A DNA stretch of 64,000 nt from Utricularia gibba (GCA_002189035.1 NEEC01000020.1:1674001-1738000); one strand, 5' to 3'. Positions 12,400-24,382 are shown, counted from the first letter of the stretch. Made by a program: numbers and translations. Notes: generated by a model from the sequence alone, not told the origin.

Positions 12400-13798
12400 C
12401 CAGGTTCACTGTCAAGTGTTGGGTGAGCTTGAGGATGAGAGAAGCAAATGGGAGCACTCTTTCATTTTTAGCAGTGATGGAGTGCATTTGCGTTGCAATC
12501 CACCATCCCAAATTGATGAGGAGCTTCTTCATCATCGCTCACAGGAAGAATACAATGACCTTGGCAATGATGCTGATGCCTTGTCGGGTTGCGCTGTAAC
12601 AGCCTCCCATGTACCTGTTCAAAATTAAAAGAGAAGGGGCCCTCAAGTAATGGGCCTTGAGTTTGCGTACAAAAAATGGGGGCTCACACACAAACATGGA
12701 AGCATAGGCATTCAGCACATTAAAATGCTCAGGATAATCACAGAATGCTTGGAGGTAACGTGTAGTGACTAAATCAGATTCAGAAACAAAGCTTAAAGCC
12801 ACATTAAAATCGTTTATAGACATGTGAAAGTTTTTGCCTCCAAGGCGGAAAGAAATCAAATTTTCAGCAAGGGGATTTCCAGCCACATCCTCAAACACAA
12901 AAGTAGTGTAAAATTCAAACACAAGTTTGGGATAAACAGGAAGACTAATTTCAGAAAATTTGCACCACTCAGGAGAAGTATCAAATAAACGATTAATATC
13001 AGCAAGTAGATTCAGATGCACCAAAGAAGGCGTGTGCAATTTAAAATCAAACAAAATTCTGCGCGAGGTCAAGAGATTAAATAGGAGTTGAGCATTCTTA
13101 TCTGAAATATTCACAGTGTTTTTCAGCTGAGTCCCAGCAGGGGACTCCAGTGCTGGGTCTCCCCAGAATTTTGTGCGACAACGCTGTCCTTTACCATGCT
13201 GTATGGGCTGAGTTGCTTCATCAACATCCTATTCTCCGGGGAGAAACTTTAGGCATGGCCCTTCATTAGCAGCACGCTCCATTTCAGAGATCCAGAGATC
13301 AACTTCTTCGTTGATGGTGATCTCCTCAATGTCATCTTCGTCCTGTACTGGAGAAGGGGATGAATGAATAATAGGAATTTCTGGTTCCTTAACCTTTCCT
13401 CCAGCCATTTCTTCCGGTTGTGTGGGCTGCAGGCTCTCGGGAACAGAAATTTCTGCGGGGGAATTTGGGTCTGAGGGTTCCGGCTCGTCAGCAACAACAT
13501 TAGCAGTAGTAGGGACTGGGTACCACTCCAGATATAGCACCGGAGACACAATGGTGAGAGGCATGGCCTCAATCGGAACAGACTCCGTCGCAGCGCCTAG
13601 AGATGGCTCATGCTCAGTGGGAATAGAGGCTTCTGCTGGGTTGTTGGTGCGGCGACGCTGGGTCCTTCTAGATGGTCCAGAAGCAGCAGGTTGGCGTTTC
13701 AGAGTTGCTGCCTTTGCAGCACTTGCACTTCGTGTAACCGGAGATGTGGGGCGTCCAGATATGGTGAGCAGAAAATTCAGAGAATCGGAGAAGTTCAA
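12400..13798 (-). pseudogene. Env-like / ORF2 protein of element B (putative plant transposon protein-like)
   Basis: ORFs 13229-13798 (Pro/Glu-rich N-part) and 12539-13114 (PVYPKLVFEFYTTF...ISFRLGGKNFHMSINDFNVAL), a motif typical of Athila ORF2/env-like proteins. Confidence 0.78.
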
Positions 13799-14165
13799 GA
13801 GAGAGAAGGAGAGGAATTGAAATGCAAGTCACAACAGCGAAGTGGGGTAATGGTCAGTGAAAATGGGAATGCCAAACGATAAAAGAGAGATTGAGTGTAG
13901 AAACGGTTAAAGGAGTAAGTGGTTGTGTGGGGCAGGTGAAAGTAAAGTCACTTGGAGTATTGGGTGATAAAAACGAGGAAAGAGTAACGGTTACGAAATT
14001 AAACTCATGGGTTGCCTCCCATGCAATGCCAATTTACAGTCTTTGGCCGACTGTGACACCTGTTAATGGCCCTCGACTAGCAGTAAGCTACACACATTGT
14101 ACGGCTTAAAATTCTCATAAAATGGCTTCAATCAGTGTCCATTGACTTTAATGCTTTTCCCTATC

Positions 14166-17100
14166 TCAAATGAACGAATAATAACAACTTACAACTTCAT
14201 AAGGTCCTAGCCACGTAGAACGTAGTTTACCAGGAAAGAGTTTCAAGGTAGTATCAAATAAGAGAACTTTTTGACCTACTAAAAATTGCTTCCCATGTAA
14301 CTTACTGTCATGGAAGCGTTTTACCTTTTCCTTGTGCAGGAGCTTGTTAGTGTAGGCATTGAGGCGAATTTCCTCTAGCTCATTTAGGTCTAAAAGTCTG
14401 CTCTCCCCTGCTTGATCGCTAGTCAGGTTGCATGACTTGTCGGTCCAGTATGCCCTGTGATGTAATTCAAAGAGTAGATGGCATGCCTTACCATAGATCA
14501 TTTGGTATGGAGACATTCCTATAGGATTCTTGTAAGCTGTACGGTATGCGCATAGTGCATCATTGAGCCTTAAGCTCCAATCTCGCCTATTTGGGTTAAC
14601 GGTGTGCTCCAAGATCCTTTTCACCTCTCTATTTGATACCTCCACCATGCCATTTTTTTGGGGATGTCTAGCTGTGGACAGGCGGTGGTTGACTCCATAT
14701 TTGGCCAATGCACTCTTGATGGCATGATTCACAAAGTGGGTGCCACGATCTGAAATAATAATCTTGGGATGTCCAAACCTAGGAAACAAGATGTTAGTCA
14801 AGAAATTACCCACGGTTTTGGCATCATCCCTTTAGAAACATAATCAACAGCAAGAAGGATGTAGAGCTTCCCTTGAGAAGGGGGAAATGGTCCCATGAAG
14901 TCAATGCCCCATGCATCAAAGATCTCGCACATGATAATGGGTTGAAGGGACATTATCCCAAATTTCCACCTCTTTGACAATTTAGGCACGCCTTGCAATG
15001 AAGATAGGCATCCTTGAATATGGTAGGCCAATAAAATCCAGCCTCTAGAACCTTCTTTGCAGTAACTTTTGCACCAAAATGTCCACCGCAAGGTAGCTCA
15101 TGACAATGTGAAAGAATAGAGCGCACTTCATCTTGGGGGATGCATCTCCTAATAATCTGATCAGCTCCAATTTTCCAGAGATATGGATCGTCCCAGATGA
15201 ATTTCAGGCTGTCACACGTCAATTTCTCCTTCTAATAGTGCTGGAAATCTACAGGATATTGTCCAGTCACTAGAAAATTTACGATGTCAGCGTACCAGGG
15301 ACTCTCGTCATGGATCATGAATAAGCGTTCGTCTGGGAAGCTGTCATCGATAAGACTTGATTTTTCACCAGAAGTGATGCAGCTGAGATGATCTACAACT
15401 AGATTCTTGCATCCTTTCTTGTCCTTGATTTCCAAGTCGAATTCTTCATGCAATAAAATCCATCTAATGATTCTAGGCTTCGAATCCTTCTTGGTGAGGA
15501 GGTATCTTAATGCGGCATGGTCCGAATAGACTATCACTTTAGCTCCTAACAAATAAGATCGAAATTTCTCCAAGGCAAACACAATGGCCAGCAGCTCCTT
15601 TTCTGTAGTGGTGTAGCTCTTTTGGGCATCATCAAGGCACTTGGATGCATAGTGGATAACATGGAATTGTTTCTCCACCTTTTGTCCCAAAACCGCACCT
15701 AAACCTACATCAATTGCATCACACATTAGTTCAAAGGGTAGACTCCAATTTGGAGCTTGAATAATGGGAGTTGAAACAAGCTTCTCTTTCAAAACATCAA
15801 AAGCAATCATGCATTTTTCATCAAAATGAAACTCAACATCCTTATGCAATAAGCCACATAGAGGAGATGCAATTTTCAAAAAATCTTGAATAAATCGACG
15901 ATAAAAACCAGCATGTCCAAGGAAAGAGCGTACATCTCTTACACAAGTGGGATAAGGTAATTTTTGGATTACCTCAATTTTGGCCTTGTCAACTTCAATT
16001 CCCTTTTGGGAAACAACATATCCTAAAATAATACATTGTTCTACCATGAAATAACATTTCACATAATTCAAAACAAGGTTAGTCTCAACACAACGCTTCA
16101 AAATCAATTATAAATTAACAAGGCATTCATCAAAGCTATTTCCATAAACCGTAAAGTCATCCACCTCTATAATATTTTCAACATATTCAGAAAAAATACT
16201 AACCATGCATCTATGAAATGTTGCTGGTGCATTGCAAAGTCCAAAAGGCATTTTATGGTAAGCAAAAGTACCAAAGGGGCAAACGAAAACAACCTTAGAT
16301 TGATCCTCAAGAGCCACGGGTATTTGATGGAAACCGGAGTATCCATCCAAGTAGCAATAATGGCTCATTCCAACAAGTCTTTCCAACATTTGGTCGATGA
16401 ATGGAAGTAGATAGTGGTCCTTTTTGGTGGCTGCATTTAGTTTTCGGTAATCTACGCACATTCGCCAGCCATTTTGCACTCTGGTAGGCAGGAGTTCCCC
16501 TTGGTCATTGGCCAGACTGTGATACCTGTTTTCTTCGGAACAATCTGCACAGGGCTAACCCACTCACTATCAGAAATAGGATAGATTATACTTGCGGCCA
16601 ACAACTTCACAATCTCCTTCTTGACCACTTCAATCATAGGTGGATTCAATCTCCTCTGGGGTTGATAGATTGGTTTTGTTCCCTTCTCCAAATAAATGCA
16701 GTGTGTACATATGGAGGGGCTTATGCCTTTGATGTCTGCCAACGTCCACCCAATTGCCTGTTTGTGCTCCTGGAGCACACTCCTGAGTTGTTCCTCCTGT
16801 TCTAGGTTTAGTGTACTAGAGATAATAACAGGTAAAGTCTCATTTCACCCAAAAATAAATATTTCAAGTGTTCAAGCAGAGTTTTTAACTCTAGTAATGA
16901 GGCATAAATAACGGAAGGAATCAGCAGTTTCGCCGGCATTTCTAAACTAAGAAAAGCAATGTCAGAGAATTCAGGCTTTTCAGGAAAATAATCAAGATAA
17001 CTTAAAAGTTCAGAATCAGAAAAGGAAATACGATCAAAAGCAAAGTTTTTAGTAAGGCATTTGAGCAAGGGATCTTGCTCATGGACCATCACTAAGTGTT

Positions 17101-17565
17101 CCACATCTGCGTCAGATGTAGATATTGAGCAAATCTCGTTAATCTGGTCCAGGTACTGCATGGCTTTGTCCAGGCTGAAGTCCAGAACCTGTCCATCGAA
17201 ATGTAAGGAAATTGTGCCGGTTTGGACTCCGAAATCATGGGATTTTCGCTCTCCATGGGAATAACTAAAAAGTCAGCAGGAAAAATTAAATCTTTAACAT
17301 GTACAAATACGTCATCAACTCTACCATCAGGCTTCACATGTGATCTATTAGCTAATTGACAAACACTAGTAGGCTCAAGTTTACCTAGCTTAGATACAAC
17401 AGAAAGATAAAGAGACCTAGGCATAACATTAACCGATGCTCCTAAATCACACATGGCCACCGAAAATTTGGTTTCACCAATAGTAACAGGTATGGAAAAC
17501 ATACCTGGATCCTTACACTTTCGTGGAAGCCTTTTCTGAATAATTGCTGAAATATTTTCAGTCAA
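14166..17565 (-). pseudogene. pol: Pol of element B: protease, RT, RNaseH, integrase (multiple frameshifts)
   Basis: AMCDLGASVNVMP; WRMCVDYRKLNAATKKDHY; MPFGLCNAPATF; VDDFTVYG (FM of FMDD missing); YTTTEKELLAIVFA; [12 protein letters not shown]; [10 protein letters not shown]; IISDRGTHF; GMVEVSNREVK. Confidence 0.95.
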
Positions 17566-17592
17566 GGGAATTACCTATTCTACTTTTTCTTT

Positions 17593-18680
17593 CTACTTGG
17601 GATCACACAAATCCTTCAACATTTTTGCATATTTTGGCACTTGATCTATCATGTCCAGCAAAGGAATGTTCACGTTCACCTTTTTCATCACCTCCATGAA
17701 AGCTTTCAGTCCACGTTTGTCCTTATTTTTCCTTCGAAGTCTCATAGGAAAAGGAGGTGGGATAACTAGAGACTTGGGTTGTTCAACTTCTTTCGACTCC
17801 TTCTCCTTCACTTCTTCAGGTGACGTCGATACAGGAATGTTATGAACTGGAGAATCATCAGGATACTCTAAAATAATCTCCTCATCCACGTCATCATCGT
17901 CATCCAAGACTTCAAGTTCTTTTTCTTCAGATCTGTCCACCTTAGTCATGAACCATTGGTAAGGTTCTAGTAGATCCTTCCCACTTCTTAAAGATATGGC
18001 GTTGATGTTCTCTGGGTTCTTCACTGATTGGGATGGCAGTGCTCCTTGCGTCTCCAGTCGGTTCATGGCTTGCACCAGCTGGGTGATTTCAGTTTGCATG
18101 CTTGTGATTCGTCCATCCATGTCTTTTTGCGCAGCATGCATTTTGGTGGTGCTTTCGGCAAGGGACTTCACCATGGACTCCAGATTTTGGTTCGGCTGAT
18201 AAGGAACAAGAGGTTGATCTAGAACTCCAGTGATTTGTAATGGTTGAGGTGGAGCAATGAGAGTTTTCTGAGAAACAGCAGAAGGGTTCCCTAGTAATGG
18301 GCTTGACTAGGAGGTACTGGTTGTCTCCAGCGGAAACAAGGATGAGCTCTTCGCGGCATTTGGTAGTTTCTGTAGTTATAACTTCCTCCTTGGTTCTGGT
18401 AGAAGGCGTTCACCTCTTCTGTTGGCACCTCATGTATCATAGGTCCTGGATCAGAATAATGAGAGGTTGAAGATCCTTGATACCTTCCTTGTTGTTGGAG
18501 AAGTGATTGGAAGCCAAGCTTCAAGGTATCACTCATAGCAGCAAGTTGAGCTAAAACTCAGAATTATCCACTTCATGCATTGATTTTACAGGCTGAGAAT
18601 TTCCTCCAGGTGCTCGGTATGAGTAGTCATAACGGGTGGAAGTAGAATAAGAGTTGGCAGCCATTTGTTCTATCAATCTT
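17593..18680 (-). pseudogene. Gag C-terminal half of element B (N-terminus and PBS deleted)
   Basis: ORFs 17593-18174 and 18291-18536 are close to element A gag (VKSLAESTTKMHA, ISLRSG, IPPPFPMRL). They abut an LTR fragment at ~18682. Confidence 0.8.
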
Positions 18681-18681
18681 G

Positions 18682-18916
18682 TAAGAAACTTCTACAAAAT
18701 GTCACTGTTTTGTAAAAGAGGGTTTTTAAGATGCTGAAATGGAAGTTACAACCTAAGTGATGAGCCTTGACTATGGTACGCAGTTCCTGGGAATAAGATT
18801 CCATCTCCTTCCTTTGTCCGTCCTTACCTCGGTTTTCACTGATTTCTTCCGAATAGCTGGTTATAGGAGTAAGGAATGGCCTACTCTCCCTTACACTCTG
18901 ATTGACAAGGAGGCAC
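18682..18916 (-). repeat. Residual ~235-bp fragment of the 5' LTR of element B
   Basis: Near-identical to ~10120-10355 (AAGAAACTTCTACAAAATG...GACAAGGAGGCAC). Confidence 0.88.
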
Positions 18917-19220
18917 GGGAATAAATGGGGTTTTGAACAGACAACTGAAATGTCTTCACTCTATTTAAGCGATGAACCTTAAATAAAGTGAATGTTCCTA
19001 GGTTTGGAATCTTGTCCAGCTATGTTCGTTGTGTCTTCACTCTTCTCAAGTCTTCTCGAGTACTCGGTTATAGTAGTAAGGTATTGCCTACCCTCCCTAA
19101 CAACCTCTTGCAAGAAGGCACGAGAATAGCCCGATGTTGCTCCTCGGACGAACGTGAGAATAAGAGGTCCTGCCAGCGTACCCTCATGGCCGAATTGCAT
19201 GTGTGTGCCTGAGTGTTGCT
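18917..19220 (-). repeat. 5' LTR of element A, segment 2
   Basis: Resumes GGGAATAAATGGGGTTTTGAACAG exactly as at ~3002; ends at TTGCT. Confidence 0.9.
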
Positions 19221-20527
19221 TGTTAGTGTATGTGTTATACAGACAATTAATTCATTGGAAAATCTTATCTTTAGATATTTACTTTGAATTGTGATCAAAT
19301 TTATATCATTGATAAAATCCTCTACTTGATCTATGTGCTATAGAAATTATGATGAGTGATAACACCGTTTTTAAATGGTGCTAAAATGTCCTTTTTTATA
19401 TATTTAGACTGTTGAAATATGTTTATTGTGAAAACAGGCTCAATTGGCAACAATTGAGCCGAAAACTCTAATATTTCATCTAATCTATGTTTTAAGTCTT
19501 ACCAGGGTAAGAGCTAGTACTGTAGCAACGCACTTTCCGTGTTGACAAGTCAACAGGAACAGAAAAGCTGTACAAAAGTCACTTTCCGCCGAAAGTAGCC
19601 GCCTTTCTGAAAAGATAAGATTTGGAGCAGAGATCTACCTTCTAGAAGACTTAGGAAAAAGACCAAGCTGCCCTTACTTTTGAGAGCAAAAGGGAAAAAG
19701 GAAGGGAGAGAAGAAGAGAGTACACTATGCACGCAGAGTGCATAGGCAGCGAACAGGAGCGAGGGGAGCAAGGAGAACGTCGTTTTTCCGGCGAAAGTCT
19801 CCGGCGACCTCCAGATCTACGTGTTTACACCGTCTCTCCGCCCAAAAACTTGATTTCCAGCAGATCTCCAGCCACAGAAGCATCCTACAACTTTTATTTG
19901 CGCATTTTCTGCACTTCCATTTCTGCGAGAACCTGTTATCGTTACTGCTTTCGTTTCTATGCTTTTTGCTGCTTCTCGGTACCTTGCTGTGAATGGGAAA
20001 CTCGTTGTAGACCTTGCCTTAGTTTATAAACATGTTTCTGTTTAAGCTTTTCATGTTTGCCCTGAAGTTTAACGCGATTTACTGTTTCTACGAACCATGC
20101 TCTGTTTCTGCAAACCAATACTCTGTTTTTAAGCGTTTTTAAGCTGGATTTAAGCCTATGGGCTCTCTTGAGTGACACAAGAGTCAAACACTGGTGTAAA
20201 ACCCATCCAAATTACTTTTATTTTATGTTTTCTGCATCTTTATATTAATTTCAGTCCCTTTTCACCCTTGCAACCCGTTCCTTTTAGTCACTGTTATTTT
20301 ACGTCTTACCCGCATTAGAACTAAATCCCAGAAAAACTCCCTGTTTCAAGTAATTGTGTTGAACTTCAGAAAATTGCAACCATTCCCTGTGGATTCGACC
20401 CTTGCTTGCCACGCTACATTAATTCTTGTGATTTGTGTAGTAGAATAGCTCGCTTTATAAATTTCTTTTGATGCGTTGAATGAGCTAAACCGCGACATTT
20501 AGCAACCCATTCCAACGTTCATCAAAA

Positions 20528-20545
20528 TGGCGCCGCTGATGAGGA
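20528..20545 (+). promoter_or_regulatory. PBS of element C (degenerate tRNA-Asp type)
   Basis: TGGCGCCGCTGATGAGGA lies 3 nt after the LTR end CATCA. Confidence 0.7.
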
Positions 20546-20729
20546 ATGGTGTATGTTAATTTTTCTGTTGTTAATGCATTTACTTTCCTTTGTAGGTCCA
20601 CTTGAACCCCTTGATTTGGAGATCGAGAGGACTGAAAACTTAATGAGAAAGAAGCACAAACAAAGTCAGCAAGAGGCTGATTTGAGGGCCATAGAGATGG
20701 CTGACAACCACCCAAATAATCAGTAGCTT

Positions 20730-22054
20730 GTGGATATTTTGGAGAAGACCATTGGGGAGTATGAGTCACCAGATCATACATATCGAGGGCATTGTATCAC
20801 CTTTCCTACAGCAGCAATTAATCTGGAGTTGAGACCAGGGACCCTTGCCCTGTTTCCTAAGTATTATGGGAATAAAAATGAGGACCCTCACATGCATATC
20901 GATGATTGTATTGCTGTTGGCGCTGTGCTGCGACCCAAGGATGCGACTGAGGATGATTTACTACTCAGAGTCTTCCAATTTACTCTTGAAGGACATGCCA
21001 AGACTTGGTTCAACACACTTGAACCTGGAAGTATTAGAAGTTGGATGGAAATGAAGAAAGCATTTTTCCTACCTCTAGAGCAGACGAAATTCGAAGCAAA
21101 ATTGAAAATATTTTTCAGGATTATGATGAGCCTCTACATGAGTATTGGGACAGGTTCACAACTCTTCTTTCGAGCTGTCCACACCATGGATTCGATAGAT
21201 TAAAGCAAGTGAAGTGTTTTTTGAAGGGTTTGACTGCTGCTCAAAGAGATAAGTTGGATTCTGCTGCACATGGTAATATGAGAACTCTTACCCCATCTGA
21301 AGGCTGGGAGAAAATTAAGGAAATGGTTGGACATTCAAGGCATTCTCAATTTCGATCCAGAGCCCAACGACAAGTGAATTAGATGGGAGTACTAAGAGAA
21401 GATGAAGCAGCAAGAAATGACAAGGATATTGCTGAATTGAAGGATATGGTGAAAGGCTTATTTCTTGTTCATGCTAAATCCGTGCCTTGTGAAGTCTGTG
21501 GAATTTTGGGGCATACTCCTGATCATTGCTCCATGAAAGGAAATCTGGAAGAACCACTTGAAGGAGTGAATGCAATGGGGTACTTGAATAATAGAGCTAA
21601 TTATTTCAGGCTCAAAAATGACCAGAGATTTGAGCCTATGAGGAATCATCCCAATTTAAGCTGGAGAAGCACCAATGTTGAAAATCCACAACATCTGGGA
21701 TTTAATCAACAGCAGCAACCAGCTCAAACAATTTCGTTTCAGCAAGGACATAGTGTTCAGCAAGGGAATAGGTATCAAAGCAAGCCTTATCAACCCCCAC
21801 ATCAGAGAGTCGACCAGCCAAGCACTTCAAGTGTTAAACCACCTCCTTCCACTGAAGAAATGATGAAGATGATGATGGAAAACATGGCCAAACATGATGC
21901 TGAACAAGCAAAAAGGGATGCTGAACAGGCCAAAAGGGATGTTGAATCTGAGAAGATGATGAAGAGTCTTGAGAGGCAAATTGGCCAACTTGCTACAGAG
22001 CTCATTGAACTGAAAGGAATCTCAGGGAAATTACCATCTCAAGTAATTGATTGA
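20730..22054 (+). pseudogene. Gag of element C (frameshifted)
   Basis: FPKYYGNKNEDPHMH; LRVFQFTLEGHAKTWFNTL; EPLHEYWDRFTTLLSSCPHHG; CX2CX4HX4C knuckle CEVCGILGHTPDHC; GKLPSQ. Confidence 0.88.
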
Positions 22055-22721
22055 TCAATAAAGGATTCATCACTCATGTTAGCAATGAGATCATATCTCA
22101 AGTAATTGCATCAAAGCCTAACAGTAAGTCTTGAGCCCAAGGTCATGACACTCGAATTGTTTGAGTAGGTCATTGAGTGTTAGTGCTTGAATGCAATTAT
22201 AAGTTCGATACATCAGAAAGACACACACCCATGTTCTAGTACCGAATGAGATATAAGTATGATGAAAGCTGTTCATTGCATGGTGGCTGGTCATGGAAAA
22301 GCTCAATCAATTCACCTGATTATTCTTTAATCTTGGGGATCATTATATGTTGCTAGACATCACTCATGATCGATAATGATGGATTTGATTAATTAAGAGT
22401 TAATTAATAAATCCATTATTGTGGCCTTAATTGAAGAAGCATATAGGGTCACACACAATAGTGGAGTCACTCATTGATATAAAATAGAATGACACAATTA
22501 CATGAGATGTAATTGGTAAAGTGGATCAATTAATAGAAAGCTTTTTTGAGATTAATATTGATTAAACTCAAAATAAAAGATCACATATAGATATGATTTG
22601 ATATGTAAAAAAAAAAGGATTTAGATCTTGAGATCTGCTCCAAGGTCTTCGTTTGAGGTTTCTCAAAATTTTTAAAATTCCGCTGCTTTTGAGACATACG
22701 ATATCTATGAAAAACATAACA

Positions 22722-23591
22722 TTGCCAATGACCCAATGAGTCCAGATACGAGGTCACTACCTGTCTATTGAACCTGAGGTACGGCCACAAACAAAACGTA
22801 GTCTTCCTCCTGCCAAAGGTGCGTGAGTTGGTGCTTTCCACCTTGCTCCTCTCCAAAACTCGCGGGTAGTGATCAGCTAACCATGAATCATGAATAAGGT
22901 GACTGTTACAGAAAGACTGCAACATAATCACGTGAAGACATATGAAAGCCGTTCGGATTCAATGAAGAGATGAAGATAAGCTAACAAAACATAGATCTTG
23001 GGTGTCCCAACCCAGAAACAGAAGTTTCTAGCCGTGAACGACCATACAAACTAAAGAAAATGAAAACAAGGTTCAAGAAAGAAGCTAGAGAAAAATCCTC
23101 TAAAGAGAGAAACAAAAGTCTAAACTAAACTGAAAGTAAAATTAAACTTTTTTTGAACAGAACTGAGCTTAACTATTTTGTCTGAGATTTCGTGTCACTG
23201 TGGTTCTACTGAACTTGGAATGACTTGCAAGCAACATCTGCTCTGACACTGGTACGCTAATGATGTCGCCTGTCAGAGACTCCCGTGTTCCGCACGTTAA
23301 GGCTCATGATTAGACGTCTGCAGCCTTTTGGATATCAAGGGAATGTCAGCTCGGGAAGATCCAATTTGTCGTCATTCGATGCCCTCTTTCTCTCAATTCC
23401 TGCTACGTGTGCGCCTCTAGAAAAATTCAATTAAAACTAGCAAAATTATTAGATAAAATACAAGATTTAGAATAATTATTCTAAACTTGATAAAAACCTA
23501 AATCTCATATTATAGACTTCTAATTGGATATTTCTAATTACAATTAAGCATAAAAACAACCTAAGAAATAGTGAGAAATCGACACTTAACA
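22722..23591 (-). repeat. 5' LTR of element A, segment 3
   Basis: TTGCCAATGACCCAATGAG continues as at ~3293 and is colinear to the LTR end; followed by TSD TAACT. Confidence 0.92.
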
Positions 23592-23748
23592 TAACTCATA
23601 TTTTTCAAACACTATATTCTACCCCCTACATCTCATACTCTCGTAGATAGATTAGATCTAATTTGTCTTATCAATAATTTTCACTTCAACTCTTCTTCTT
23701 AAGTGCTTGAGGCCAATCCAATATTCTCCCACATTCCCTTAGTTTATG

Positions 23749-24382
23749 TGATACTAGTAGTAAAGAAAATGATGCGAAAAATAGAATAAAATCTCAAATT
23801 AAATGTCAAAAAGCATTGTAAAATAGTTATACGTACAAGGACTTGTGCAAGTATAGTTTCTCCACAAATACTCAACTCCAAGCGCATACAATTGCATACT
23901 TGACTCTAACATGAAATTAAACATGAAAATACTACAGAAAACTAAAAAATAAAAGTGATCAAATATATCTCTAATGGTTGAGAGAGTGAGATATTTATAA
24001 AAGAGGAGATATGAATCTTATATTGTACTTGCTTCATGGTTTTGATAAAATCTTCTAATTAAATCTTTTATTTAATTTTTTTAAATCTTTGTGTTATCTA
24101 TGAATCATGAACCGAATCTTCATGCTTTGATCAAGTCATGATGCTATGATTTGTGCTGCATCAAACCCATGAATTGTTGAATTTTGAGTTCTCTTCAAAT
24201 TGATTCAAAAATACCTTAAAAATCCACAAAATATAATTTATTTCCAAAAAGATCAAATTAGTATAAAAATACAAAATCAATTAAGAATAATGAGAAATTG
24301 GAGTATAGAATAGATGAAAACAATATTCAAGAGTAATAAAAGAATATATTTTGAAATAACATAAAATCAATTATCATACATC
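23749..24382. repeat. Probable gypsy-type LTR remnant
   Basis: Starts TGATACTAGTAG and has LTR-like composition. No clean 3' end or TSD found. Confidence 0.35.

Larger units (their letters stand above)
10012..18916 (-). mobile_element. Element B: Athila-like Ty3/gypsy with full pol domain set (decayed), 5'-truncated, nested in the LTR of A
   Basis: GGGAA at 10007-10011 and 18917-18921. Full LTR 10012-11241 and partial LTR 18682-18916. AP-RT-RH-INT order plus an env-like ORF. Confidence 0.9.
19357..22084 (+). mobile_element. Element C: 3'-truncated Athila-like element (LTR, PBS, gag)
   Basis: LTR TGAT...ATCA at 19357-20524, PBS at 20528-20545, gag ORFs. ATGAG at 19352-19356 and 22085-22089 is a possible TSD. 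Confidence 0.85.
19221..22721 (+). mobile_element. Copia-type (Angela-like) solo LTR, ~770 bp net, carrying element C
   Basis: Starts TGTTAG and ends ATAACA. TSD TTGCT (19216-19220) / TTGCC (22722-22726). The lineage and strand calls rest on recalled LTR style only. Confidence 0.6.
2811..23591 (-). mobile_element. Element A: non-autonomous Athila-like Ty3/gypsy LTR retrotransposon; 5' LTR split by nested insertions
   Basis: TG...CA termini (TGATGCG at 2811; ACTTAACA ending 23591). Identical 5-bp TSD TAACT at 2806-2810 and 23592-23596. Related LTRs at both ends, tRNA-Asp-type PBS, PPT, gag, protease and env-like ORF remnants; no RT, RNaseH or integrase core. Confidence 0.92.

Noticed and set aside
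20549-20596. Intron-like GTATGT...TTTGTAG in the leader of element C
   Set aside because: It is only ~45 nt, short for a plant intron, and there is no transcript evidence.
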